Shown: positions 8,152 through 17,629, counted from the stretch's first letter. The stretch is DNA of 32,000 bases from Candidatus Korarchaeum cryptofilum OPF8 (GCF_000019605.1 NC_010482.1:870001-902000), one strand, 5' to 3'. Notes: generated by a model not told the origin, from the letters alone. Program-made: numbers and translations.

Positions 8152-10029
8152 GTGGGCAGGGTGGGAAAGGAAGAATCTAAACGGGATGAGGTCTCACTCA
8201 AGAGGGAAGTTAAACTCTTCGGCGCTTTCTCCATGGGTTATGCTGATGTAGGTGCCGATATATACATGGCTATGGGTATAGTATTCCTATTCTCAGCGGG
8301 GGCAGCTCCTCTCTCATTCCTCATAGCAGCTATAGCTTACATAACGGTCTGCTTCGCATATGCCGAGCTCAGCTCTACGTATCCTCTAGCCGGAGGGGCC
8401 CAGATATTCGCCGCTAGAGGATTAGGGGATCATATGGGCTTCCTGGCTGGATGGTTCCTCATACTGAGCTATATCGTTGATATAGCAGTCTTCGCCCTCT
8501 CATCTTCAGGCTATCTATCCTTCCTCTTCCCCTCCATAAGGAAGATCTCAATTGAGGTGGGTCCCCTCTACTTAAACGGGCTGATCTTAATGACCATAAT
8601 CCTGATAGGCTTCCTGATCCTCGTCAATATAATGGGGATAAGGGAGTCCACGATCTTCACGGAGGTCCTGGTGGCTGTAGACCTCATTGTCGAGTCCTTC
8701 ATACTTGGAGCCGGCCTCTTCCTAATATTGCAAGATCCATCGAAGCTTTTAAGCAACTTAGGCGAGTTTGGAGCTCCGGGCGTCCATGAGGATGTCTCAT
8801 ATATACCTGGGCTCGATTTGAAGTTCCAAAACTTCCTATATGGGACTACCCTAGCTATGAGCTCATTCGTGGGGATAGAGTCGATAGCTCAAGCATCGGA
8901 GGAGATAAAGAGGCCATATAAGTGGATTCCCATAGCTACGAAGCTATCAGCAGTTTCAGTCCTCATATTCGCGATAGGGATCTCTATAGCAGCCCTAGGG
9001 ACAGCCGGCTGGGAGGCGCCCGCAGTACATAGGGAGATGTCCATGGTAATCATAATGAAATCCGTCCCTATAATAGGTAGTTACGCCTCTATCCTTGTGG
9101 CATTCACTGGCTTCGTGATAACGCTCGCTTCCTCAAATACCGGTGTGATAGGGGTATCTAGAGTAATTTACTCCATGGGAAAATTCAAGCTCATGCCGGG
9201 GAATCTTTCAACAGTTAACAGGAGGTTCAGAACCCCTGTAAGGGCTATAATCTTCTCTGGGATCGTAGCAATTTTAATGAGCTTCCTTGGGGATCTGGAG
9301 AGGATAGCAGATGTCTACGCCGTAGCTGGTCTCCTCTCATATCTCTTAGTTTACCTTTCCCTTCCTAAATTGAGGAAGATAGATAGAGATGCTTACAGGC
9401 CTTGGAGGGCTCCTGGGGACCTTAAGATAGGGGGGAGGGAGATTAATTTAGTGGCGACGATAGGTCTCCTTTCAGTCGGTTCCCTCCTCAGCATAGTGAT
9501 CTTACTGCATAAGATCGGTAGATCCCTAGCTCTCCTCTGGCTCCTCATAGGCATCCTAACCTACGTTAGCTACAGGAAGTCAGCGGGCTTACCTGTCCTG
9601 GGGAGGGTGTCAGCTGAGGAGATGAGACCTGCTGAGTATAGGAGGAGCGTTATAGCATTCATAAGGCCTTATGAGGATGAAGATGTCGCTGAGGATATAG
9701 CGCACGCTCTTAAGGGTAGATATAAGGTCCATCTCACATCGATAATAGATCCCGAGGGGCTGAGCTCGGAGGAAATAGAGGAGGAGAGGATGAACACTCA
9801 GAGGATACTGAACAGGATAGCATCCAAGCTCAGGGGGATAGGCCTCGAGGTGACCTATAGGATCGAGTTCGGTAAGCCGAGGGAAGTCGCGATTTCCTTC
9901 GCTGAAGCTGATATTTATGATTTCATCCTCGTGATAATAGGCAGGGGCACCAGGAAGCTCGAGGAACCGGGATTGGCCAGGCTCCTGATGGAGAAGTTCC
10001 CGGGTAAGGTCATAGCGGTGAGGAGATGA
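8152..10029 (+). CDS. APC-superfamily amino-acid permease with a C-terminal universal-stress-protein domain
   Basis: 625 aa. The N-terminal 470 aa have 12 or more TM helices with APC-like motifs (FSMGYADVGADIYMAMG, SFVGIESIAQASEEIKRP). The C-terminal 140 aa (VIAFIRPYEDED...FILVIIGRG...GKVIAV) are USP-like. The start could be the GTG at 8152 or at 8161. Confidence 0.85.
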   Translation: MGRVGKEESKRDEVSLKREVKLFGAFSMGYADVGADIYMAMGIVFLFSAGAAPLSFLIAAIAYITVCFAYAELSSTYPLAGGAQIFAARGLGDHMGFLAGWFLILSYIVDIAVFALSSSGYLSFLFPSIRKISIEVGPLYLNGLILMTIILIGFLILVNIMGIRESTIFTEVLVAVDLIVESFILGAGLFLILQDPSKLLSNLGEFGAPGVHEDVSYIPGLDLKFQNFLYGTTLAMSSFVGIESIAQASEEIKRPYKWIPIATKLSAVSVLIFAIGISIAALGTAGWEAPAVHREMSMVIIMKSVPIIGSYASILVAFTGFVITLASSNTGVIGVSRVIYSMGKFKLMPGNLSTVNRRFRTPVRAIIFSGIVAILMSFLGDLERIADVYAVAGLLSYLLVYLSLPKLRKIDRDAYRPWRAPGDLKIGGREINLVATIGLLSVGSLLSIVILLHKIGRSLALLWLLIGILTYVSYRKSAGLPVLGRVSAEEMRPAEYRRSVIAFIRPYEDEDVAEDIAHALKGRYKVHLTSIIDPEGLSSEEIEEERMNTQRILNRIASKLRGIGLEVTYRIEFGKPREVAISFAEADIYDFILVIIGRGTRKLEEPGLARLLMEKFPGKVIAVRR

Positions 10030-10030
10030 T

Positions 10031-11092
10031 TCAAAATCTCCCCATATATGGTAAAATTTTTAGAGCGGATGCCTTCATAGATATCAAAACCCTCCTCCCC
10101 TCTCTCACATCAAGCTCCTCCAACGCTTGCTTCGTCAGGAAGGACCTGAGCTTGACTCCGGAGGCTTCCAGGGAGACTTCGTACACGGGAGGCCTATATT
10201 TCACAGCTATCACTTCTGCCTCAAGTAAGTTCCTCGCGCTCGTCTTCGGGAGCTCGCCCAAGGGATGTATGAATATATCCTCGGGCCTCACGATCACTAG
10301 AACATCTCCCTCCGACTCGTAAGCTGAGATCAAATCGATACTATTCACCCTTATAACTGTAAAATTCTCCCTCCTCTCAGCACTCCCCCTCAGTATGTTC
10401 TCCGGCCCCATGAATTCGGATGCCCCCGGATCATCCCTAAGTTCCTCCAAACTCCCGATCTTGATGATCCTGCCCCCCACGATCAGCGCTATCCTATCCC
10501 CCAGATAGCTAGCTTCCAGATGATCGTGGGTCACGTGAATAGCTGTGAAACCTAGCTTAGAATGTATCTCCTTGAGGAATGCTTGAAGCTCCTCCCTCAA
10601 GCTCCTGTGAATTGCTGAGAGGGGCTCGTCCATCAGAACCGCTTTTGGTTCTATTACTAGAGCTCTGGCTAGAGCTACCCTCTGCCTCTCCCCCCCGCTC
10701 AGAGTGATTGGCCTCCTCTCGAGGAGGTGCGATATCCTCAGTATTTCAGATATCTCCCCGATCCTCTCCCTCACTTCCGATGAGCTCTTCCCCCTCACCT
10801 TGAGACCGAATGCTATGTTATCGAAAACGCTCATGTGGGGGAATAGGGCATATTCCTGAGGTACGTAACTTAAATTCCTCATCTCAGGCGGTAGCTTCGT
10901 CACATCCCTCCCATCAACTATTATTTTCCCCTCTTCAGGCTCTATGAATCCTAATATCGTCTGAAGGAGGAGAGTCTTCCCCGCGCCCGTGGGTCCCATT
11001 ATCACTAAGTACTCGCCATCTCCCACGCTCAGATCAATATCCTCGAGCGAGAAATCTCCCAGATTGACGCTTAGCCTTCGAACCTCTATCAT
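10031..11092 (-). CDS. wtpC: ABC transporter ATPase with a C-terminal TOBE-like domain (tungstate/molybdate type)
   Basis: Walker A GPTGAGKT, signature LSGGERQRVALARAL, Walker B VLMDEPLS. The ATG at 11090-11092 forms an ATGA overlap with the wtpB stop and follows GGAGGGGGAGGAG. The track gives an alternative GTG start at 11107. Confidence 0.9.
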   Translation of the reverse strand: MIEVRRLSVNLGDFSLEDIDLSVGDGEYLVIMGPTGAGKTLLLQTILGFIEPEEGKIIVDGRDVTKLPPEMRNLSYVPQEYALFPHMSVFDNIAFGLKVRGKSSSEVRERIGEISEILRISHLLERRPITLSGGERQRVALARALVIEPKAVLMDEPLSAIHRSLREELQAFLKEIHSKLGFTAIHVTHDHLEASYLGDRIALIVGGRIIKIGSLEELRDDPGASEFMGPENILRGSAERRENFTVIRVNSIDLISAYESEGDVLVIVRPEDIFIHPLGELPKTSARNLLEAEVIAVKYRPPVYEVSLEASGVKLRSFLTKQALEELDVREGRRVLISMKASALKILPYMGRF

Positions 11093-11859
11093 CTCCTCCC
11101 CCTCCACGGGTATCTCACTATAATGAATATTGCGACGCTCATCAGGAAGAGGGGAAGGGCTGTAGCGCTAGCAGCTCTCAGACCATGCGTCCAGAACCTG
11201 TCCATTATGAGTACGTTTATCGATTTAGGGTAATAAGCCACTATTAGTATGGCTCCGACCTCACTGATCCCCCTCCCCCAGGAGAGCAGGGAGCCAGTGA
11301 TTATGAAGCGGAGGGAGAGTGGGAGGGTCACCTCAATGAAGGTCCTCCACTCCGAAGCCCCTAAGCTCCTAGCGACATATTCCAGATTCAAATCTATGGA
11401 GTTGAAGCCCTCTATTAAGCTGCCTATCATGATGGGAGCGGATACGAAGGCCATAACAGCCACTATACCGTAGAAGCTATCCTCGATCGTTATGCCGGCT
11501 TTAGAGAGGAGGAGCCCCACGGGGGCTCTCGAGTTATACGCCATCAGGAGCATTATACCTGCAACTCCATGCGGGATAACTAGCGGCAGATCTATGATGG
11601 CTTTTAGCAATCCCTTCCCGCGGAATTCCCTCCTGGAGAGGAAGTAAGATAGAGGGATGCCGGAGATGAGGAGGAGTGAGGTGGAGAGGAGGGAGGCCGA
11701 CACCCCTATCATCAGAGCTTCCAGTGCCGTATCATCTAGCCCGTACCTCGCAACATCTTTAGGATCGGTCCAAATAATGAAGGAGATAATCGGTATAAGT
11801 AAGAAGATGATAAGAAATGCTCCAAATATGCCGAAAGTTTTTAAAAGATTGAGCCTCAT
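11089..11859 (-). CDS. wtpB: ABC transporter permease (tungstate/molybdate type)
   Basis: 256 aa with 6 TM helices and an EAA-like loop (LEYVARSLGASEWRTFIEVTLP). It overlaps wtpA by 4 nt. Confidence 0.85.
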   Translation of the reverse strand: MRLNLLKTFGIFGAFLIIFLLIPIISFIIWTDPKDVARYGLDDTALEALMIGVSASLLSTSLLLISGIPLSYFLSRREFRGKGLLKAIIDLPLVIPHGVAGIMLLMAYNSRAPVGLLLSKAGITIEDSFYGIVAVMAFVSAPIMIGSLIEGFNSIDLNLEYVARSLGASEWRTFIEVTLPLSLRFIITGSLLSWGRGISEVGAILIVAYYPKSINVLIMDRFWTHGLRAASATALPLFLMSVAIFIIVRYPWRGRR

Positions 11860-12866
11860 CCTCCAACCTCCTTAACTATGCCCTTCAGCTCCTCAGGGAC
11901 TTTACCGTAAGCTAGAGGCGGCCTCATGGCCCTCTGACCGAGCTCCTCGAAGGTATTGAGCCCCTCAGTGAGGAGGAACTTCGTGAACTTCAAGGCCTCA
12001 TCATTCCTCGCTGCCTTAGGTATAGTGAGCCCGTAAGCTATAGCATCACCCTCTATAACCTCACCGGAGCCCAGATGGACTTTGGCACGAGAGTAGAAAT
12101 CCTTGAGCTCCGGATTTCCGAGATCTATCTCATCAGGCAGCCTTACGTAACTTAAGTTGTGCTGGATAGCTACGCTCTCATACTCGAAAGCGTAGTCCAG
12201 GACACCGGATTCCAGTAATGCCAATAGTTCAACACTCTTAGGCCTGATCACTACCTTCTCAGATCCCTGAACTGGATCGGGGACCCAAGCTTCCATCCCG
12301 CTGACCCTTATGTTCGTCCCCCTCAGAAGCTCTGAGGCTAAAGGAGATTCACTCAGATTCGATGCCAGGAGAAGGGAGATCAAGCTCCTGTATCCGCAGG
12401 GATCCCTATTGGGATCAGAGAAACCGAACTTGACTCCATCCCTCATCAGTATCCGATACCAGTTGTTCTCATTTATCTCACCAGCATATTTACTCGATTC
12501 AGTGTAAGCTATTACGAGCCTGTTGGTCGCGAAGACCACGTACCAATCAGCATGATCCGCCATTAGCTTTGGAATCAAGCTGTAATCAGCTACTAAAATC
12601 AAATCCGCATATTTCCCGAGCTCTGTAACCTTCTTTATTGCCTCTACGCTCCCGCTAGCCTCCAGCTGAAAATCCAAATCTGGATTGATTTTCCTGTAGA
12701 GCTCAGTTATCCTCTCAACGGGGATCTGGAGGGAACCTGCGAGGAATATCTTCAGCTTCTCGGGTGTTTTGCCTGAGGAAACCTCAGGAACGGATGTTAG
12801 CTTGTATGCTAGGAGAGTGATTGAGATGAATAGCAGGATCAGGAGGTAGTACTTACCGCGACCCAT
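11856..12866 (-). CDS. wtpA: WtpA-type tungstate/molybdate substrate-binding protein
   Basis: Close resemblance to archaeal WtpA as I recall it: LKIFLAGSL, EASGSVEAIKKVTELGKYADLILVADYSLIPKLM, NWYRIL...VKFGFSDPNRDPCGYRS, LDYAFEYESVA. There is an N-terminal signal/anchor. I prefer the ATG at 12866, which follows GGGGAG. The track start is 12878. Confidence 0.88.
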   Translation of the reverse strand: MGRGKYYLLILLFISITLLAYKLTSVPEVSSGKTPEKLKIFLAGSLQIPVERITELYRKINPDLDFQLEASGSVEAIKKVTELGKYADLILVADYSLIPKLMADHADWYVVFATNRLVIAYTESSKYAGEINENNWYRILMRDGVKFGFSDPNRDPCGYRSLISLLLASNLSESPLASELLRGTNIRVSGMEAWVPDPVQGSEKVVIRPKSVELLALLESGVLDYAFEYESVAIQHNLSYVRLPDEIDLGNPELKDFYSRAKVHLGSGEVIEGDAIAYGLTIPKAARNDEALKFTKFLLTEGLNTFEELGQRAMRPPLAYGKVPEELKGIVKEVGG

Positions 12867-12877
12867 GCGACTCCCCA

Positions 12878-12895
12878 TTATTCGTTAATGAATAA
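12878..12895. promoter_or_regulatory. 18-bp near-perfect palindrome (candidate operator) between the TATA box and the wtpA start
   Basis: TTATTCGTTAATGAATAA, with 8 of 9 positions symmetric. It lies between the minus-strand TATA (TTTTTATAG, 12903-12911) and the wtpA SD/ATG. Confidence 0.45.
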
Positions 12896-12959
12896 CGGAC
12901 TCTATAAAAATTCATGCCCTATCTTTTCAGCCCCTAGGCAGCTTTGAGAAGCTTAATAG

Positions 12960-13986
12960 GTGATAACTGCCTTAAGGCATGTGAGCATAGATAACTTAGA
13001 GGTCAAGCTTGAGATAAAGTTGATGAGAGGTAATTCGGTAATAATGGACGGATTGACGGCAGATCTATTGAGAGCGATATCATCGAGCGGTTCAATATTA
13101 GCGTCAGCCAAGCTCCTCGGAATACCCTATGCGAAGGCCTGGAGGATGATAACGTCCCTAGAGAGGAAGATAGGGGGGCAAGGTCATCAGGCCGAGGAGG
13201 GGAGGGGCTGGAGGGGGAGGGGCCGAGCTCACTGAGATCGGCATCAAATTAATGAACTTCTTCGAGGAGATGGAGGAGAGATTCGGCATCAATAAGCTCT
13301 TCAGATTTGGGGGAGTTGAGAGAGCGGATCTGGTAGTGATGGGGAGCCATGACCTCCTCCTGGAGGGGATACTGGGAGACCTCAGGGGAAAGGGGATCAG
13401 CGTGGAGGCTCACTGGATAGGCTCTTGCGGGGGCCTCCTCTCACTCTCTTTAGGAGAAGCTGATATCGCGGGCATCCACCTCCTAGATTCGAGGAGCATG
13501 GATTACAACGTCCCGTTCGTGAGGGAGCTCTTCCCCATGGGAGTGGCCCTCTTCAGGGGGTATGAGAGGGAGATAGGATGGGCTTATAGGGATCGCTTCT
13601 CGATAGATGAACTGATCTCAGGCAAATTGAGGCTAGCTAACAGGAATAAGGGATCGGGGACGAGGATATTGATAGATAGGATCTTGAGTGAGTTGGGCGG
13701 ACGTGCGTCGGTGAGGGGCTATAGAAGTGAGTACTTCACGCACTCATCAGCTTGCGAGGCTGTTGCCAGGGGGAGGGCTGACGTCACTATGACGATAAGG
13801 CCCATTGCAGAATCCTTCAGCCTGAGATTCTCAGCGATAGGATGGGAGAGGTACGATTTCGCTGTTAAGGAGGAGATATTGGAAAAGGAAGCATTCAGTG
13901 AATTCCTGAGGGAATTGACCTCTAAAAAGGATTTTAGTATAGCTGGATATCGCTTCCCAGAGGATACTGGAGCTAGAATCCTCTGA
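12960..13986 (+). pseudogene. ModE-type HTH plus PBP-like (COG1910-type) regulator, disrupted by a 1-nt frame shift in a G6 run
   Basis: ORF 12960..13235 encodes the ModE-like HTH (LLRAISSSGSILASAKLLGIPYAKAWRMITSLERKIGG) and then runs into a Gly/Arg-rich tail. Shifting +1 at GGGGGG (13173-13178) gives GGKVIRPRRGGAGGGGAELTEIGIKLMNFFEE, the expected ModE continuation. That reading is in frame with ORF 13252..13986 (GSHD...GSCGGLLSLSLGEADIAGIHLLD, a PBP-like domain). Confidence 0.75.
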
Positions 13987-13999
13987 TCCATCGGCGAGA

Positions 14000-14890
14000 T
14001 CATATGAGGGCCTCCACTACCCCCCTCTTCGCGTAAGCTATGGCCATCCTCGGCGTGTTATAATAGTACCCGAGGTCCCCGTCCCTATCTACCATTATTA
14101 TGCCTCCCCTACCCCCGACTCTACCGAGCAAGTCGATAGCAGCCCTCGCAGCTTCCATAGCGCTCAAACCGAGTGCGAGCATATCTACAGCTGATTTCGC
14201 CAGCACAACTTTAATTATGCTCTCCCCATGCCCCGAACATGCGGCGGCCCCTTTCCTATTATCTGCATATAAGCCCGCACCTACGACGGGGACATCACCC
14301 ACTCTCCCGGCCATCCTGAATGGGGAGCCTCCAGTCGAGAGAGCTGCAGCTAGCCTCCCCTTAGAGTCTATAGCAACAGCACCGACTGTTGAGTCCTTCT
14401 CGAATGCCTTCCTCGATGACATCCCTTTCGCCCTGAACTCCTCCCACCTCCTCCTCTCCCTCTCGACTACGAGTTCCCTCGGATCTATTAAGCTCATACC
14501 GAAGCTCTCCGCTAGCCTATGGGCTCCCTCGCCCACAAATAATAAGTGCTCAGTCCTCTCCATTATCATCCTAGCTAACCTCACGGGATTCCTTACCCTG
14601 TTAACTGAAGCGACGGCGCCAGCATTTAGCTCCCCATCCATTATGGAAGCATCCAATTCAACGTAACCGTCCCTGTTGAGGAATGAGCCTACACCGGCAT
14701 CGAAAGTCGGGTCGTCCTCCATCAAAATGACTGCCCTCTCTACAGCATCTAATGAGTTATCCGTCTCCATTAGGACCTTCCAGCCGAGTTCAGCAGCCTT
14801 CCTCACGCCAGTAAGATGGGCCTCTACTTCCTCATCCGGTATGGCCCAAGCGCCACCGTGCACTATTATAGCTGGCTCCGTACCGATCAC
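14000..14890 (-). CDS. iaaA: isoaspartyl peptidase / plant-type L-asparaginase (Ntn hydrolase)
   Basis: IIVHGGAW at the N-terminus. The autoprocessing site is DSTVGAVAID. Also GRVGDVPVVGAGLYAD and GHGESII. GTG start. Confidence 0.9.
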   Translation of the reverse strand: MIGTEPAIIVHGGAWAIPDEEVEAHLTGVRKAAELGWKVLMETDNSLDAVERAVILMEDDPTFDAGVGSFLNRDGYVELDASIMDGELNAGAVASVNRVRNPVRLARMIMERTEHLLFVGEGAHRLAESFGMSLIDPRELVVERERRRWEEFRAKGMSSRKAFEKDSTVGAVAIDSKGRLAAALSTGGSPFRMAGRVGDVPVVGAGLYADNRKGAAACSGHGESIIKVVLAKSAVDMLALGLSAMEAARAAIDLLGRVGGRGGIIMVDRDGDLGYYYNTPRMAIAYAKRGVVEALI

Positions 14891-15035
14891 CCATTACGCT
14901 ATCCTCGAGTTAATTAAATGTATTCTCTGAATTCTGACTCCTCTGGAATCTTCCTTTTAGGGATGCTCACTTTAAGCTCCTATCGTTAATGTCAATTTTT
15001 TGATATATAGTGCTATTTCATGTCATTATGACTTA

Positions 15036-16328
15036 TCAACCCCCTATCTCCCCCAGGCTCTCATCCATTATCTGGACGGCCCTCTCCACCTCCTCCTTGC
15101 TCACGGTGAGAGGGGGCGCGAACCTCACGACGTTCCCATACCACCCGCTAGTCGCGAGTAATAATCCCCTCTTCAGAGCTTTATCGAAGCAGAGCTGAGC
15201 TGTCTCCTCCCTAGCTGGCTTTTTACTCTCCTTATCCTTGACCAATTCTATTCCCAGCATGAGTCCCTTCCCCCTAACATCCCCAACAAATTTCCTCCTC
15301 TCCTTCAGCTCATTGAGGAGCTTAAGAGCGTACTCACCGACTTCCCTCACGTTCCTGAGTATAGCTTCCTTATTTTCGATGAAATGCGATAGAGTAGCAT
15401 CGGCTGCAGCCATAACTAATGGTGGAGCTGCATAAGTAGAGTGCTCATCCCCGGGCTCCATAGAAGCTGCTATCTCCTCTCTCGTCACTACAGCAGCTAA
15501 AGGCAGGCCCCCAGTCATCCCCTTCGCCACTACGACTATATCTGGGACTACGTTAAGGGCCTCGAACCTCCAAGTAGTTCCGGTCCTCCCCATCCCGGTC
15601 TGTATCTCATCGAATATCAGGAGGGAGTTGTTCTCCCTCAGTATAGAGGCCAGTTTAGGAAAGAAGCCATCCTCAGGGTAGATTATCCCACCAACTCCCT
15701 GTATTGGCTCTATTATGAGAGCTGCATAATCCCTATTCCCTGAGAACTTCAGATAGTAATCTATCAATTGTAAGATGGAATCAGAGCAGCTCTCGCAACT
15801 ATCTGCCTTCACTGGACATCTATAGCAGTAAGGATACGGTACATAGCTCATTCCAGGGATTAATGGGGCGAACTCCTTCTTCCTAGATCCATGGAATGTT
15901 AGAGTCCCCGAGGTCCTCCCATGGTAGGATCCCATTGTCACTAAAACTTCCTGCCTCTTCGTGAACTTCCTAGCGAGCTTCAAAGCAAGCTCTACTGCTT
16001 CGCCTCCTCCGGGCTTGAATGCCACTCTATTTAGCTCCCTCGGGAAGAGGGATAGGAGCTTCTCGGATGCCCTAAGTAAGTACTCGGAGTAGTAGACGTA
16101 GGAGCCCCCCGCTATAAGGTTCTCAGCTGCTTCCTTTATCGCTTCAACGAGGTAATCCGGGTTATGGCCTAGGTAGGCTGTGGTTATCACCGTCATGAAA
16201 TCCATATATCTTTTCCCATCAACGTCCTCCACATAAATGCCTTTCGCCTTTTTTACCACGATCCTATGCGTCTTAAATAAGTTCGTCATGAGAGAGGAAT
16301 CCAATCTCCTCAACATGTCCTCCTGCAT
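15036..16328 (-). CDS. class-III PLP-dependent aminotransferase (acetylornithine / 4-aminobutyrate aminotransferase family)
   Basis: GSYHGRT, LIFDEIQTGMGRTG, VVAKGMTGGLPL (PLP-binding Lys). 430 aa. Confidence 0.9.
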   Translation of the reverse strand: MQEDMLRRLDSSLMTNLFKTHRIVVKKAKGIYVEDVDGKRYMDFMTVITTAYLGHNPDYLVEAIKEAAENLIAGGSYVYYSEYLLRASEKLLSLFPRELNRVAFKPGGGEAVELALKLARKFTKRQEVLVTMGSYHGRTSGTLTFHGSRKKEFAPLIPGMSYVPYPYCYRCPVKADSCESCSDSILQLIDYYLKFSGNRDYAALIIEPIQGVGGIIYPEDGFFPKLASILRENNSLLIFDEIQTGMGRTGTTWRFEALNVVPDIVVVAKGMTGGLPLAAVVTREEIAASMEPGDEHSTYAAPPLVMAAADATLSHFIENKEAILRNVREVGEYALKLLNELKERRKFVGDVRGKGLMLGIELVKDKESKKPAREETAQLCFDKALKRGLLLATSGWYGNVVRFAPPLTVSKEEVERAVQIMDESLGEIGG

Positions 16329-16465
16329 CGGCTAATTGGGGGTCAATAAAATATAATGACTCATGCCCCAGCACTTAAGAGGGGTTTACTTAGAAGAATG
16401 AGGGGGAAAGTGTTATAACCCCCAGCGGAGTAACCCCGGGAGTTGAGGAGGGTCTACGATGGAAG

Positions 16466-17629
16466 GTGATGACTCCGATGCTCAAAGATCGGGAGAGAAA
16501 GTTCCAGATACTCAGGGACTCCATGTTCTCACTGAGCTTCGATATGGGCGGACTCATAGCCGGAGGCCTCCTGGAGAGTTTTTCCGGGCTCGCTCTGAGG
16601 ACCGGTTGGAGCATAGCTCTCTATCCGATAGTCCTCACTGGCAGAGGGGCTTTGAACGGGATAGAGGCGGCCAGGATAAGCACTGGCCTCCACCTGGGGA
16701 CCGTGAAGCCCACTTTCAGGGGGAACACTAAATATTATTACTCGATATTGGCATCGATGGTGACGCTCTCCCTATTAATGAGCCTCCTCATGGGATCCCT
16801 CGCCTTCATATTCTCCGGAGCTACTTTAGAGGAGCTTCCAATCATCTTATCCACAGCGATATCCTCGCAGACCATAGCCATTATTTTGATAGTGCCTGCC
16901 ACATCATTAGCTGGCCATGAATCCTTCAAGAGGGGTCTGGATCCCGATGCCGTGGTTTATCCGATATCATCCACGGTAGCTGATATATGGGCGACTATCT
17001 CCTACATCATAGCCCTCACAATAGCTTTCGGCCCCTCGATCATCAATCATATAATAGCATCAGCCACCGTTATATTCACTCTCTTAGTGATAGTGATCTT
17101 CTCTAGGGAGGAGGAGTTCAGGAGGACCATCAGGGAGTCTTTCCCTACAGTGGCCTCTGTGACTCTAATATCCAGCATCTCGGGGTTCTCACTCTCCTCG
17201 GCTAGGAAGAGGATAGAGGAAACTCCCGGGATCCTAACGATATATCCAGCGATAATAGATACCTTGGGTGATTGCGGCGCTATATTCGGATCTACCTCAA
17301 CTACTAAGTTATTCACCGGTTTGATGGAACCTTCCCTCAGCGAGATATCATCTAGAATTAATGAGTTAGCTCAGATATGGATCGCTGGTCTCATATACTA
17401 CTTCCTATACGCTATTATAGGCTTCTCAGTGGGAGGGAGCCTGAGGTCATTCGCTATACCCCTGCTAGTCTACTCGATCCTCTTCCCCCTAATATCCTTA
17501 TTCACCTTCTCCCTGGCGATAGTAGCTTTCAGGAAGGGGCTGAATCCGGATAACTTCATAATACCCCTGGAGACCACTATGACTGACACTATCACGACGG
17601 TAATGCTTTCAGCAATCCTCTCGGTCTAG
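16466..17629 (+). CDS. divalent-cation transporter with two MgtE-type membrane domains (SLC41-like), no cytosolic CBS/N domain
   Basis: Two repeats, each ending in the MgtE-like motif: LDPDAVVYPISSTVADIWATISYI and LNPDNFIIPLETTMTDTITTVML. About 10 TM helices. Confidence 0.75.
   Translation: MMTPMLKDRERKFQILRDSMFSLSFDMGGLIAGGLLESFSGLALRTGWSIALYPIVLTGRGALNGIEAARISTGLHLGTVKPTFRGNTKYYYSILASMVTLSLLMSLLMGSLAFIFSGATLEELPIILSTAISSQTIAIILIVPATSLAGHESFKRGLDPDAVVYPISSTVADIWATISYIIALTIAFGPSIINHIIASATVIFTLLVIVIFSREEEFRRTIRESFPTVASVTLISSISGFSLSSARKRIEETPGILTIYPAIIDTLGDCGAIFGSTSTTKLFTGLMEPSLSEISSRINELAQIWIAGLIYYFLYAIIGFSVGGSLRSFAIPLLVYSILFPLISLFTFSLAIVAFRKGLNPDNFIIPLETTMTDTITTVMLSAILSV

Noticed and set aside
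16329-16465. Possible riboswitch or M-box-like leader upstream of the MgtE-type transporter (GGGGG-N12-CCCCC hairpin at about 16403-16424)
   Set aside because: There is only one short hairpin and no resemblance to the bacterial M-box. The region is a divergent promoter with TATA-like AATAAAATATAAT, which accounts for it.
17626-17629. Convergent genes sharing a CTAG for both stop codons (MgtE-like and GGT), and a 1-nt gap between the convergent permease and wtpC (10029/10031)
   Set aside because: This is genome compaction typical of small archaeal genomes. I see no evidence of a regulatory role.
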